Below, in pieces: positions 17,460 through 26,228 of a DNA stretch of 64,000 nt. The stretch is from positions 170,041-234,040 of the forward strand of contig JAKLGJ010000001.1 of the NCBI GenBank assembly GCA_022710715.1, given 5' to 3'. Below the pieces are notes generated by a model. The model was not told where the DNA came from, did no database searches, and worked only from the letters and a program-made list of their open reading frames with translations. The DNA comes from Candidatus Omnitrophota bacterium (GTDB lineage Bacteria > Omnitrophota > Gorgyraeia > Gygaellales > Profunditerraquicolaceae). The stretch's first letter is position 1. Each line of letters starts with the position of its first letter. The position numbers and the translations under genes are program-made.

Positions 17460-18011
17460 ATGAAACAAGGTTTTACCCTGGTGGAATTGATCGTGGTGAT
17501 CGCGATCATCGCTATCCTGGCCGCGGTGATCGCGCCCAACGCGTTCCGGGCCATCGAAAAAGCGAAAGTAGCCAAAGTGGAAACAGATCTTAAGACTTTC
17601 AAGACCGCCGCGCTGTCCTATTACTCGGATACCGGTCAGTGGCCGGTTGACGGCGCCACCTGGCTTACCGCTGAAGAGACCGCGATGTTCATCAGCGGCG
17701 CGGGGCAGCCGACAGGATGGGACGGTCCGTATCTGGAACGCTGGCCGGATCCGCCCTGGCATTGTAATTTCGTGTATGGCGGCGTGCCTATGGTCGGTAC
17801 GTATGATTGGGATCATTGGCCCACCTGCGCCGCCTGGGGTATGGGCGGCGGGGATACTACCGCTGTGGCTGCCAGTTGTATTCCGCGGACAGCCGCAACT
17901 ATGGTCGACCAGCATCAGGATGACGGGAATCTAGCGGGCGGCAGGGCGCGTTTCAACGCCGGTTATGCCGGAGGGTTCCTGAACGTGATTATTGTCGGCT
18001 GCGGCTCGTAG
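17460..18011 (+). CDS. Prepilin-type pilin/pseudopilin-like protein #4
   Basis: MKQG|FTLVELIVVIAIIAILAAVIAPNAFRAIEKAK; SD AGGAGGAAAG. The 95 bp after the start are essentially identical to gene #3. Confidence 0.85.
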   Translation: MKQGFTLVELIVVIAIIAILAAVIAPNAFRAIEKAKVAKVETDLKTFKTAALSYYSDTGQWPVDGATWLTAEETAMFISGAGQPTGWDGPYLERWPDPPWHCNFVYGGVPMVGTYDWDHWPTCAAWGMGGGDTTAVAASCIPRTAATMVDQHQDDGNLAGGRARFNAGYAGGFLNVIIVGCGS

Positions 18012-18527
18012 ATGGGCAACGCTATGATCAGGACTCTATGCGGTTTGCCGGTCAGTCTGGTTTTCTTTTGCGCGGTCTGCGCAGCAGCTGCGGAAGCGCC
18101 TTCCGGTCAGACAGTCACTGCCTCTACCGATAAAACCAGTTATTCTCTGAAAGAAACAATCAAAATCAGCCTGAAGAATAGCGGCGCAGAGAGCGTTTAT
18201 TCGGTTGCCGCCAGCGCGACACCGGCCTTCGCCATTATTAATTTCGAAAAAAACAAGAATCAGTGGGTCTGGGATGCCTTGCCGCTGCATTGCAACCGTC
18301 TGGAATGCGATACTCCCCATGACCTGCCGGTAGAGATCCAGGCAGGGAGCACCCGCACGTTCAGCTGGCAGCCGCGTGTTTATTCAAAACGCGGTTATCT
18401 TGATCCCGAACCGGGTTTATACCGGCTTACATTAATGTATCAGACGCGCAAAGGCTCCGAAGAAAAAGAGTGGACCTGGCGTACGGTCAAATCCAACGCA
18501 TTTACCCTTCACCAGGGAGGACGCTGA
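18012..18527 (+). CDS. Secreted hypothetical protein (signal peptide)
   Basis: MGNAMIRTLCGLPVSLVFFCAVCAAAAEA signal peptide; no recognisable domain. Confidence 0.5.
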   Translation: MGNAMIRTLCGLPVSLVFFCAVCAAAAEAPSGQTVTASTDKTSYSLKETIKISLKNSGAESVYSVAASATPAFAIINFEKNKNQWVWDALPLHCNRLECDTPHDLPVEIQAGSTRTFSWQPRVYSKRGYLDPEPGLYRLTLMYQTRKGSEEKEWTWRTVKSNAFTLHQGGR

Positions 18528-18949
18528 TGGACCAGAATGAGAGAATGCGGCTGCAGAAACTCTACGGCGAATTTTCCGACGATGGACTGATCGAAATGCT
18601 TAAGCAGGACAGCGCCGGTTATGAAGCGGGAGTGTACGATGTGCTCCTGGAAGAAGCGCGCCGGCGCAATATCCCGCAGGAGCAATTTCAGCCTTTGCCG
18701 CAACCGGCTGCAGCCCTCGAGCAGCCCGGGGGAGCGATGGAGCAGCCTGCGCAGGAAGGGCAATTCCGTTCATTTATGTCGGTGGAGACTGAAGAGGACC
18801 GGATGTTTGTGGAGGGGGTGTTTAGAGCGTCGCACATTCCCTATTATATCCAGGCGGATGCTTCCGGGCAGGGATTTCAGGTTATGGTGCAAGAGGGGTG
18901 GTTGAAACAAGCAGAGGAGCTGTTTCAGGATGAGGCACCCGGCGCTTGA
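18527..18949 (+). CDS. Hypothetical protein; C-terminal half resembles DUF2007-type small signal-transduction fold (weak)
   Basis: ATG 18527 overlaps the upstream stop (TGATGG). The ORF track starts at 18470. Confidence 0.4.
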   Translation: MDQNERMRLQKLYGEFSDDGLIEMLKQDSAGYEAGVYDVLLEEARRRNIPQEQFQPLPQPAAALEQPGGAMEQPAQEGQFRSFMSVETEEDRMFVEGVFRASHIPYYIQADASGQGFQVMVQEGWLKQAEELFQDEAPGA

Positions 18950-19117
18950 TAGGAATTGCGCCGGTGCTCCCTTGTGGTCGCACCCGGCGCGTAACAGGAG
19001 TTGCGCCGGTGCTCCCTTGTGGGCGCACCCGGCGCGGAATTGCCCCCAACGTCTTACCCCCAACGCGTTACACCCCGCGCTAATAGGAGTTGCGCGGGTG
19101 TTTTCCTTGTGGAAAAC
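18936..19117 (+). repeat. Tandem array of about 45-bp hairpin repeats (3.5 copies): CACCCGGCGC-13 nt loop-GCGCCGGTGCTCCCTTGTGG
   Basis: Units at 18936-18980, 18981-19025 and a partial at 19026, with a diverged fourth unit at about 19075-19117. Each unit has a 9-10-bp GC-rich inverted repeat. The first unit overlaps the stop codon of the upstream CDS. Confidence 0.8.
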
Positions 19118-19349
19118 AAAAAACCCAAGCGCATGCTTGGGAATTTTGTAGGTGATAGGCCTGGTAGCTCACGCTATCTGCAGAAAACCTCCTGTTGTCA
19201 CCTGCAATGAGATTTCGTTGTCCTGCTACATAAGAAGTATGGCATATTTTTTTTGAAATTTCAAGGGCCGGGAAAAATTTTTTTGATTGCCGGCCGCGGG
19301 GATATACACTAGAATACAATGAAGATCCTTAACTTTCAGGAGAGCGCTC

Positions 19350-20378
19350 ATGGGATTTGATTATATCAGGAAAATTCCTTCCGCAAACGAAGTCGTTGAA
19401 GAAATGCCTCTGTCCGCCGAACTGGCGGCGATCAAAAAAAAGCGGGATGAAGAAATCCGCGCCGTATTTGCCGGTCAGAGCGGGAAATGGCTGATCATTA
19501 TCGGTCCCTGTTCCGCGGATAACGAAGACGCGGTCTGCGAGTATGTCGGTCGCCTGGCGGGTTTACAGGAGAAGGTCAAAGAGAAGCTTATCCTGATCCC
19601 CAGGATCTATACCAATAAACCGCGCACTACCGGAGAAGGGTACAAAGGCATGATGCATCAGCCTGACCCGAATGAGGCGCCGAATATCGTGGAGGGGCTG
19701 AAAGCTTTGCGGCGCATGCATATCAGGATCTTGCGGGATTCTCACCTGACTGCCGCCGACGAGATGCTCTATCCGAGCAACTATCCCTACCTGGAAGATA
19801 TCTTGAGCTATGTGGCTATCGGCGCCCGATCGGTGGAAAATCAGCAGCACCGTCTGACGGTCAGCGGTCTGGATATACCGGTAGGGATGAAAAATCCCAC
19901 CAGCGGAGATCTGAACGTAATGTTCAATTCGGTACAGGCGGGACAAACCGCACACGTATTCATTTACCGCGGCTGGGAGGTTAAAACTACCGGCAATCCC
20001 CTGACGCATTGCATTCTGCGCGGAGCGGTCAATCATCACGGGCAGAATATTCCTAATTACCATTATGAAGATTTGATCCGCAGTAGCGAGATGTATTTGA
20101 AACGCGGGCTGGAGTTTCCCGCATTGATCATCGATACCAATCACGCCAACTCCGGCAAACAGTTCGACCAGCAACCCCGGATCGCCGTAGAGATCGTCGA
20201 GAGCATGAAGAATTCTCCGGTGTTGCGGAATATGGTCAAGGGATTGATGATCGAAAGCTACCTGGCGGAAGGCGCGCAGGATACGGATGGCCTGGTTTTC
20301 GGCAAGTCCATCACTGACCCTTGCCTGGGATGGGAAGCGTCGGAAAAACTCGTTTTGCATCTGGCAGATGCTCTGTGA
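19350..20378 (+). CDS. aroG: 3-deoxy-7-phosphoheptulonate (DAHP) synthase, class I (AroG/F/H type)
   Basis: IIGPCS, KPRTT, GARS, ILRG and IIDTNHANS motifs; SD AGGAGAG. The exact isozyme is not determinable. Confidence 0.85.
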   Translation: MGFDYIRKIPSANEVVEEMPLSAELAAIKKKRDEEIRAVFAGQSGKWLIIIGPCSADNEDAVCEYVGRLAGLQEKVKEKLILIPRIYTNKPRTTGEGYKGMMHQPDPNEAPNIVEGLKALRRMHIRILRDSHLTAADEMLYPSNYPYLEDILSYVAIGARSVENQQHRLTVSGLDIPVGMKNPTSGDLNVMFNSVQAGQTAHVFIYRGWEVKTTGNPLTHCILRGAVNHHGQNIPNYHYEDLIRSSEMYLKRGLEFPALIIDTNHANSGKQFDQQPRIAVEIVESMKNSPVLRNMVKGLMIESYLAEGAQDTDGLVFGKSITDPCLGWEASEKLVLHLADAL

Positions 20379-20387
20379 TGGAGAACT

Positions 20388-21740
20388 ATGAAAAAAGTTC
20401 CGCTGATCGTTTCTATCCTGCTGGCTGTCTGCGCGCGTCTCTATGCCGCACCGATAGAGCTTTTGCCCGCATTCTCTCCGGAAGACCGCGTTCTCGTTTT
20501 TGCGCCCCATCCCGATGACGAGAGTATCGGTACCGCCGGCGTTATCCAGCGTGCGCTCCAAGCCGGCGCGCGGGTGCATGTTGTCTGTTATACCAACGGC
20601 GACAATAACGAATTCGCCTTTATCGTCTATGAAAAGCGTTTGACCTTTCGCAAGGGTGAATTTCTGCACATGGGCGAGGTGCGGCGGCACGAAACCATCG
20701 CCGCCATGGACGTTCTGGGCGTGCACGGAAGCGGTGTCCGTTTCATGGGGTATCCCGATTACGGGACCATGGATATCCTGACTAAATACTGGGAGACCGA
20801 CAAACCGTTTCGCAGTATGCTCCCCCGGGTAACCAGGGTTTCTTATCCCGATGCGTTATCCGTAGGCGCGCCCTTTGTAGGCGAGAGTATCCTGCGGGAT
20901 GTCAAAACCGTGCTGCAGGCTTTCCGGCCGACAAAGATCTTTGTTTCCCATCCCGCCGATACCAACCGGGACCATCAGACGTTATATATCTTCCTCCGGG
21001 TGGCCCTGTGGGATCTGGGCGGCACCATTCCCGCACCGCAGGTGTTTCCTTATCTGATCCATGTGATCGGCTGGCCGGTGCCCAGAGGCAGCCATCCGGA
21101 ATTGCCGCTGAACCCTCCGGCTGATCTGGCGGAATCCACGTGGTTCACGCTGCCGCTGGACGCAGGCGAAGTGGCCGGCAAGGCTGTGGCCATAGCGTTA
21201 CATAAGAGCCAGATTGTCTATAATCCGCCGTACCTGTATACGTTCGCCCGCAGCAATGAGTTGTTTTCCGACGTCGACCCTCTGGAATTGAAGAAATCGT
21301 CGCCCGGCGGTGTCGATTGGCAGCACGTGGTCTGCCAGCGGGTCTCCCGTAAGCAAAAGAATACCGTATGCATCAATTCGAATGCGTTGTCATACGGGTT
21401 GGCGGATAACAGGCTTTTGATCAGGATGGAACTGCGCACCAGGCTGGATAAGAACCTGGGCACGCAGTTTTTGCTCCTGGGGTACAGTACTAAGGTTCCG
21501 TTTGCCCGGATGCCCAAGCTTGCCGTTACGATCGGGGTCATGGGCATGAAAATCAAGAATAAACGCCAGGTATTGTTTGTCCCCGATGCCCGTTACTGGT
21601 TCGAAGGGAATACTCTGATGATTTCCCTGCCCCTGGCCTGTCTGGGCAATCCCGATTATATTTTCGCCAGAGTCCGGAGGAACCTGGTTCGTCTGCCGCT
21701 CAACGTCTCTACGTGGCGAATCCTGGACATCAAACCCTAA
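20388..21740 (+). CDS. PIG-L/LmbE-family N-acetylglucosaminyl deacetylase with signal peptide and C-terminal extension
   Basis: FAPHPDDESIGTAG (HPDDE metal-binding motif) and HxxH later; N-terminal signal peptide. Confidence 0.7.
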   Translation: MKKVPLIVSILLAVCARLYAAPIELLPAFSPEDRVLVFAPHPDDESIGTAGVIQRALQAGARVHVVCYTNGDNNEFAFIVYEKRLTFRKGEFLHMGEVRRHETIAAMDVLGVHGSGVRFMGYPDYGTMDILTKYWETDKPFRSMLPRVTRVSYPDALSVGAPFVGESILRDVKTVLQAFRPTKIFVSHPADTNRDHQTLYIFLRVALWDLGGTIPAPQVFPYLIHVIGWPVPRGSHPELPLNPPADLAESTWFTLPLDAGEVAGKAVAIALHKSQIVYNPPYLYTFARSNELFSDVDPLELKKSSPGGVDWQHVVCQRVSRKQKNTVCINSNALSYGLADNRLLIRMELRTRLDKNLGTQFLLLGYSTKVPFARMPKLAVTIGVMGMKIKNKRQVLFVPDARYWFEGNTLMISLPLACLGNPDYIFARVRRNLVRLPLNVSTWRILDIKP

Positions 21741-22382
21741 ATGGATATCCGCATACGCGCATACCGTGTGACTGACCGTGATTCAGTGCGGGAGATTGCC
21801 TGGGCAACGGCTTTTCTCGGGGAACCCGGCGACGCGTTTTTCACCGATAAAGAACTGCTCTGTGATTTTCTCACCGGGTATTTCACCGATTACGAACCGC
21901 AGTCCTGTTTTGTGGCGGAAGCGCAGGGCAGGGTAGTGGGGTATATCATCGGCGCGCTCGACGCCGGGCGAGTGGATAGCGTATCCATGCGCGCAATCCT
22001 GCCGCGGCTGGTCGCGCGATTGCTCTGGCGCGGGGTATTCTGCCGCCGCAGGAACCGGAAGCTGCTTTTTCATCTCTTGAAGAGTTTTTTAAAAGGGGAG
22101 TTCTTCCTGCCGGCGTTCAACCGCGAGTATCCGGCTACTTTGCATATCAATATCGCGAGAGGATTCCGCGGTCAGGGAACGGGCGGCAGGCTGCTTTCGG
22201 TATTCTGCGACTATCTCAAGAGCCGGCGGTCGCCCGGGGTGCGGCTGGCTACCATGTCCGAAACTGCCCGGGAGTTTTTCAGCCACGCTGGTTTTGTCCT
22301 GCTGGCGACGCGCCCCCGCAGCTATTTCCGGTATCTGGGCCGGGATTTACGCGTTTACATTCTCGGCAAAACGCTGGTATAA
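21741..22382 (+). CDS. GNAT-family N-acetyltransferase
   Basis: VGYIIG...RGQGTGGRLL (GNAT motif A, Q/RxxGxG/A). Confidence 0.55.
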   Translation: MDIRIRAYRVTDRDSVREIAWATAFLGEPGDAFFTDKELLCDFLTGYFTDYEPQSCFVAEAQGRVVGYIIGALDAGRVDSVSMRAILPRLVARLLWRGVFCRRRNRKLLFHLLKSFLKGEFFLPAFNREYPATLHINIARGFRGQGTGGRLLSVFCDYLKSRRSPGVRLATMSETAREFFSHAGFVLLATRPRSYFRYLGRDLRVYILGKTLV

Positions 22383-22410
22383 GCCGTAAAAGTCCGCTAT
22401 AATAATTTTC

Positions 22411-24504
22411 ATGGAAAAGCCGCAGGATAGTTCCATTCGTTATATCAAAGGCATCGGTCCCAAGAGGGCGGAGCAATTCGGCGCGTACGGGATCCGGACT
22501 ATCGAAGACCTGCTTTATTATTTTCCCCGCCGTTATCAGGATCGTACGCACATTGTGGCGATCTTCCGGCTTGAGGAAGGATCGAGCCAGACAGTGAAAG
22601 CCCGGGTGGTTTCCAGCCGCGCCCGCCAGTCATTCCGCCGCCGCGGTTTTTCCATTGTGGAAACCATAGTCCAGGACGGCACCGGTTCATTGCACTGTGT
22701 CTGGTTCAACCAGCGGTATCTGAAGGATTATTTCAAACCCGGTCAAGAGCTTATTTTGTTCGGAAAGGTGGAGCGGTATGCCGGGCGATTGCAAATGGGC
22801 AATCCTGAATTCGAGCTGCTTGAATCGGGGGAAGACGAGGTCGTGTCCGCCGGCAGGTTTATCCCCATGTACACCATTCCGCCGGGAATGACGCAACGGT
22901 ATTTCAGGGGTTTGATGAAGCAGGCGCTGGATGCGTATGCCGGCAGGATGGCGGAGATCATGCCTTATGATATCCGGACCAGGAATAACCTGCTTAATCT
23001 GGCCAGGAGCCTGGTGAGCATTCATTTCCCGGAGGATCTGGACCGGCAGCAGGAAGCCTACCGCCGGCTATCCTTCGAAGAGTTCCTGCTTTTTCAGTTG
23101 CCGCTGGTTTTGCGTAAAGCCAGAAAGCAGGAGAAACCGGGGATCGCGCATCGGGTGGAAGGGAGCTTGCTGGAAACTTTTCTCTCCGGTCTGTCTTTTC
23201 ATCTGACCGCCAGCCAGCGCCAGGTGCTTCAGGAGATCAAGCAGGACATGGCTGCGCAGCATCCCATGCAGCGGTTGCTGCAGGGAGATGTGGGATCGGG
23301 AAAAACCGTGGTAGCCACTGCGGCCTGCGTTGTTGCGATACAGGGAGGGTATCAGGCGGCGTTCATGGTGCCTACCGAGATCCTGGCCCGGCAGCATTAT
23401 GACAAGATTATCCGGCAGTTTGCCTCTTTGCGCCAGCGCGGCAAGCCGGTGCGGGTGGAGGTTTTGACCAGCAGCGTATCCGCAAAAGAGAAACAGGCGG
23501 TCAGTGACGCCATCGAGGCCGGTACAGTGCATCTGGTGATCGGCACGCATGCGCTTTTGGACGAGACGCTGCGGTTCAAACGCCTGGGGTTGGTGGTGAT
23601 CGATGAGCAGCATAAGTTCGGCGTAGGGCAACGGGCGTTGCTGCCGCAGAAAGGTCCCAGCCCGGATGTGTTGATCATGACCGCCACGCCGATTCCCCGG
23701 ACGCTGGCGATAACATTGTACGGGGACATGGATAGTTCGGTGATCAACGAATTACCCCCGGGGCGCAGTCCGGTTACCACAATGCATTTCAGCCGGGATT
23801 TTAAATTCCAGGCCTATGAAATGGCTAAACAGCAGATCGCTCAAGGTAATCAGGTATACATCGTGTATCCGGTTATCGAAGAATCGTACGCTCTGGATAT
23901 TGACGGCGCCAAGAAGATGTATGAGGAGTTCAGAGAAGGTGAATTTCGCGGGTTCCGTCTCGGGTTGATCCACGGTAAACTCTCCCAGAAGGAGCAGGAA
24001 CAGATCATGAAGGGTTTTACCTCCGGGGAGATAGACCTGCTGGTATCCACCACTATCCTGGAGGTCGGTATCGATGTGCCTGATGCCACCTGCATGATTA
24101 TCGAGCATGCCGAACGGTTCGGTTTAAGCCAGCTGCATCAGCTGCGCGGCAGGGTGGGCAGGGGTACCAGGCAATCCATGTGTCTGTTGATCTCCGATAC
24201 GACAACCCCGGAATCTCAAGCCCGGGTGAAGGCGATGGTCGAACATTCCAGCGGGTTCGAGATTGCGCAAGAGGATCTGAAGATCCGCGGGCCGGGAGAG
24301 TTTTTCGGCCGGCGGCAGCATGGATTGACCGAGTTGCGCATCGGCAATCCTCTGACCCAGATGCACTTGTTGAAACGCGCCCGTGAAGAGGCGATCCGGC
24401 TGGTGAATGCCGATCCCGGGTTGCAGCAACGTCAGCATCTTTTATTGAAAGAACGGCTGGTGCAGCGTTTTCCCGAATACGAACGTTTAATGCTGGTGGG
24501 GTGA
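22411..24504 (+). CDS. recG: ATP-dependent DNA helicase RecG
   Basis: Wedge domain plus helicase motifs GDVGSGKT, DEQHKFG, TATPIPRT; 697 aa. Confidence 0.9.
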   Translation: MEKPQDSSIRYIKGIGPKRAEQFGAYGIRTIEDLLYYFPRRYQDRTHIVAIFRLEEGSSQTVKARVVSSRARQSFRRRGFSIVETIVQDGTGSLHCVWFNQRYLKDYFKPGQELILFGKVERYAGRLQMGNPEFELLESGEDEVVSAGRFIPMYTIPPGMTQRYFRGLMKQALDAYAGRMAEIMPYDIRTRNNLLNLARSLVSIHFPEDLDRQQEAYRRLSFEEFLLFQLPLVLRKARKQEKPGIAHRVEGSLLETFLSGLSFHLTASQRQVLQEIKQDMAAQHPMQRLLQGDVGSGKTVVATAACVVAIQGGYQAAFMVPTEILARQHYDKIIRQFASLRQRGKPVRVEVLTSSVSAKEKQAVSDAIEAGTVHLVIGTHALLDETLRFKRLGLVVIDEQHKFGVGQRALLPQKGPSPDVLIMTATPIPRTLAITLYGDMDSSVINELPPGRSPVTTMHFSRDFKFQAYEMAKQQIAQGNQVYIVYPVIEESYALDIDGAKKMYEEFREGEFRGFRLGLIHGKLSQKEQEQIMKGFTSGEIDLLVSTTILEVGIDVPDATCMIIEHAERFGLSQLHQLRGRVGRGTRQSMCLLISDTTTPESQARVKAMVEHSSGFEIAQEDLKIRGPGEFFGRRQHGLTELRIGNPLTQMHLLKRAREEAIRLVNADPGLQQRQHLLLKERLVQRFPEYERLMLVG

Positions 24505-24505
24505 T

Positions 24506-25093
24506 ATGCATATTATTACCGGGCAGTTCAAGGGTATGCCGCTGAAAGCGCCGAAAGCGATCAGGCCTTCCGAAGACAGGGTGCGTAAGGCTTTGTTTGA
24601 CATCCTGGGCGACTGTTCAGGTTTGGCTTTTCTCGAGCTTTTTGCCGGTTCCGGAGCAGTAGGTTTTGAGGCGCTTTCTCAAGGGGCAGAGGAAGTGGTT
24701 TTCGTGGAGCGTGAACGTGCGCATGCCCGGATGATCGAGCAAACGCTGCAGTCGCTGCGCCAGAGAGTATCCTTATCTGAAGGTAAAGTCATTGTTCTGT
24801 GCCGGGATTCCCTGGAAGCGATAGCGGATTTTGCCAGGGAAAAGCGCGCTTTTGACCTGATTTTCCTTGATCCGCCCTATTACCGGGAACTGGCAGAAAA
24901 AACCTTGCAAACCCTGCAAGAATATGATATATTACTTCCCTCCGGATATATCGTTGTCCAACATTTCAAGAAGGATGCAGTGCATCCTGCCTATGCTTTA
25001 GCAGGAAATAAGCAGGCAATAACGTTGTTTAAACAGGGAAAGTACGGTGATACCGTACTTTCCCTTTATCGGAAAGAAACGCAAGCTCTATGA
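24506..25093 (+). CDS. rsmD: 16S rRNA (guanine966-N2)-methyltransferase RsmD
   Basis: LELFAGSGAVGFEAL...FLDPPY. Confidence 0.85.
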   Translation: MHIITGQFKGMPLKAPKAIRPSEDRVRKALFDILGDCSGLAFLELFAGSGAVGFEALSQGAEEVVFVERERAHARMIEQTLQSLRQRVSLSEGKVIVLCRDSLEAIADFAREKRAFDLIFLDPPYYRELAEKTLQTLQEYDILLPSGYIVVQHFKKDAVHPAYALAGNKQAITLFKQGKYGDTVLSLYRKETQAL

Positions 25094-25569
25094 GCAGGAA
25101 AGCTATTTATCCAGGGACTTTCGATCCGGTCACCTTCGGGCATATTGACATCATCAAGCGGGCCCTGGAGATATTCCCTGAACTTATAGTGGCAGTCGCG
25201 CATAATCCCCAGAAGCACCCTTTGTTCTCGGTTGAAGAACGCGTGGAGATGCTGAAGAAGGCGACCGCTGGATTCAAGGGGGTCACGGTGAAGAGCTTTG
25301 ACGGTCTGGTCGTTGATTTTGCCCGGGCGAAAAAGATCAATGTACTGGTCCGGGGCGTGCGCATGCTTTCAGATTTCGAATACGAGTTCCAGATGGCGTT
25401 AACCAACCGTAAGCTTGCGCCTGATGTGGAAACGATCTTTCTTATGCCGCAGGAAACATTCAGCTACATCTCTTCGAAGCTGCTTAAAGAAGGCGCTGTG
25501 CTGGGCGCGCATCTGACTTCGTTTGTTCCGGCTTTTGTGGAAAAGGAACTCAAAAAGAAGTTATTATGA
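25090..25569 (+). CDS. coaD: Phosphopantetheine adenylyltransferase
   Basis: AIYPGTFDPVTFGHIDII (HxGH nucleotidyltransferase). Confidence 0.9.
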   Translation: MSRKAIYPGTFDPVTFGHIDIIKRALEIFPELIVAVAHNPQKHPLFSVEERVEMLKKATAGFKGVTVKSFDGLVVDFARAKKINVLVRGVRMLSDFEYEFQMALTNRKLAPDVETIFLMPQETFSYISSKLLKEGAVLGAHLTSFVPAFVEKELKKKLL

Positions 25570-25991
25570 AGATTAACATAGATCAGGTCAGGCCCGAAGG
25601 CCTGCATCTGGAAGAGGATATCTCTGCCGCGCAGCTGGATGTCGATACCCAGGAAGCGAAATTGGCCGGGGTACTGCGCGTAAGCGCCGATGTAACCAGG
25701 GTTGACGAAGTGGTCAGAGTAGCGTTACGTCTGCAGGGAGCTTTGACCTTTCTCTGCTGCCGCTGCCTGGAAGAATATCAGGTGGCCATTGACCGGACCC
25801 TGGAGCATAATTTTCCGGTTGAGCGTTCGCAGCATACGCTGGATATAACACAGGATATCCGGGACGATCTGATCCTGGAGTATCCCTTCAAGCCGTTGTG
25901 CAAGACTGATTGTAAAGGCATCTGTCCCCGTTGCGGAAACAACCGTAACCGGGGCGAATGCCGCTGTTCCACCAAAGAAAATACTAATTAG
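25566..25991 (+). CDS. yceD: YceD/DUF177 family protein (large-subunit ribosomal protein accumulation)
   Basis: C-terminal CKxDCKGICPRCGxNxN...C motif; conserved position upstream of rpmF-plsX. Confidence 0.75.
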   Translation: MKINIDQVRPEGLHLEEDISAAQLDVDTQEAKLAGVLRVSADVTRVDEVVRVALRLQGALTFLCCRCLEEYQVAIDRTLEHNFPVERSQHTLDITQDIRDDLILEYPFKPLCKTDCKGICPRCGNNRNRGECRCSTKENTN

Positions 25992-26009
25992 GTAAGAAAG
26001 GAGTTCCCA

Positions 26010-26210
26010 GTGCCACTACCAAAGAAACGACATTCCAAAACGCGCGGGAAACAACGCAGGACTCATTGGAAAGTTGCCACGCCCAGCCTTGTTCCTTGCC
26101 CGCAATGCAAACAGCCCAAATTGTCCCACCGTATCTGCCCGGTATGCGGTTATTATGGCGGCAAACAAGCCATGGAAATTGAAATTAAAGAGAAAAAGAA
26201 GAAAGCATAA
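26010..26210 (+). CDS. rpmF: 50S ribosomal protein L32 (bL32)
   Basis: MPLPKKRHSKTRGKQRR..CPQC...CPVCG; GTG start with SD AAGGAG. Confidence 0.9.
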   Translation: MPLPKKRHSKTRGKQRRTHWKVATPSLVPCPQCKQPKLSHRICPVCGYYGGKQAMEIEIKEKKKKA

Positions 26211-26228
26211 GCTTATTCACCGACACCT

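Noticed and set aside
18936-19117. Possible CRISPR array
   Set aside because: Repeat units abut one another with no unique spacers, are only 3.5 copies, vary in their loops, and no cas genes are nearby. Interpreted as a REP-like hairpin array instead.
19563-20726. 387-aa ORF on the minus strand
   Set aside because: Entirely antisense to the well-supported DAHP synthase and PIG-L genes; Arg/His-rich composition typical of an antisense GC-rich frame.
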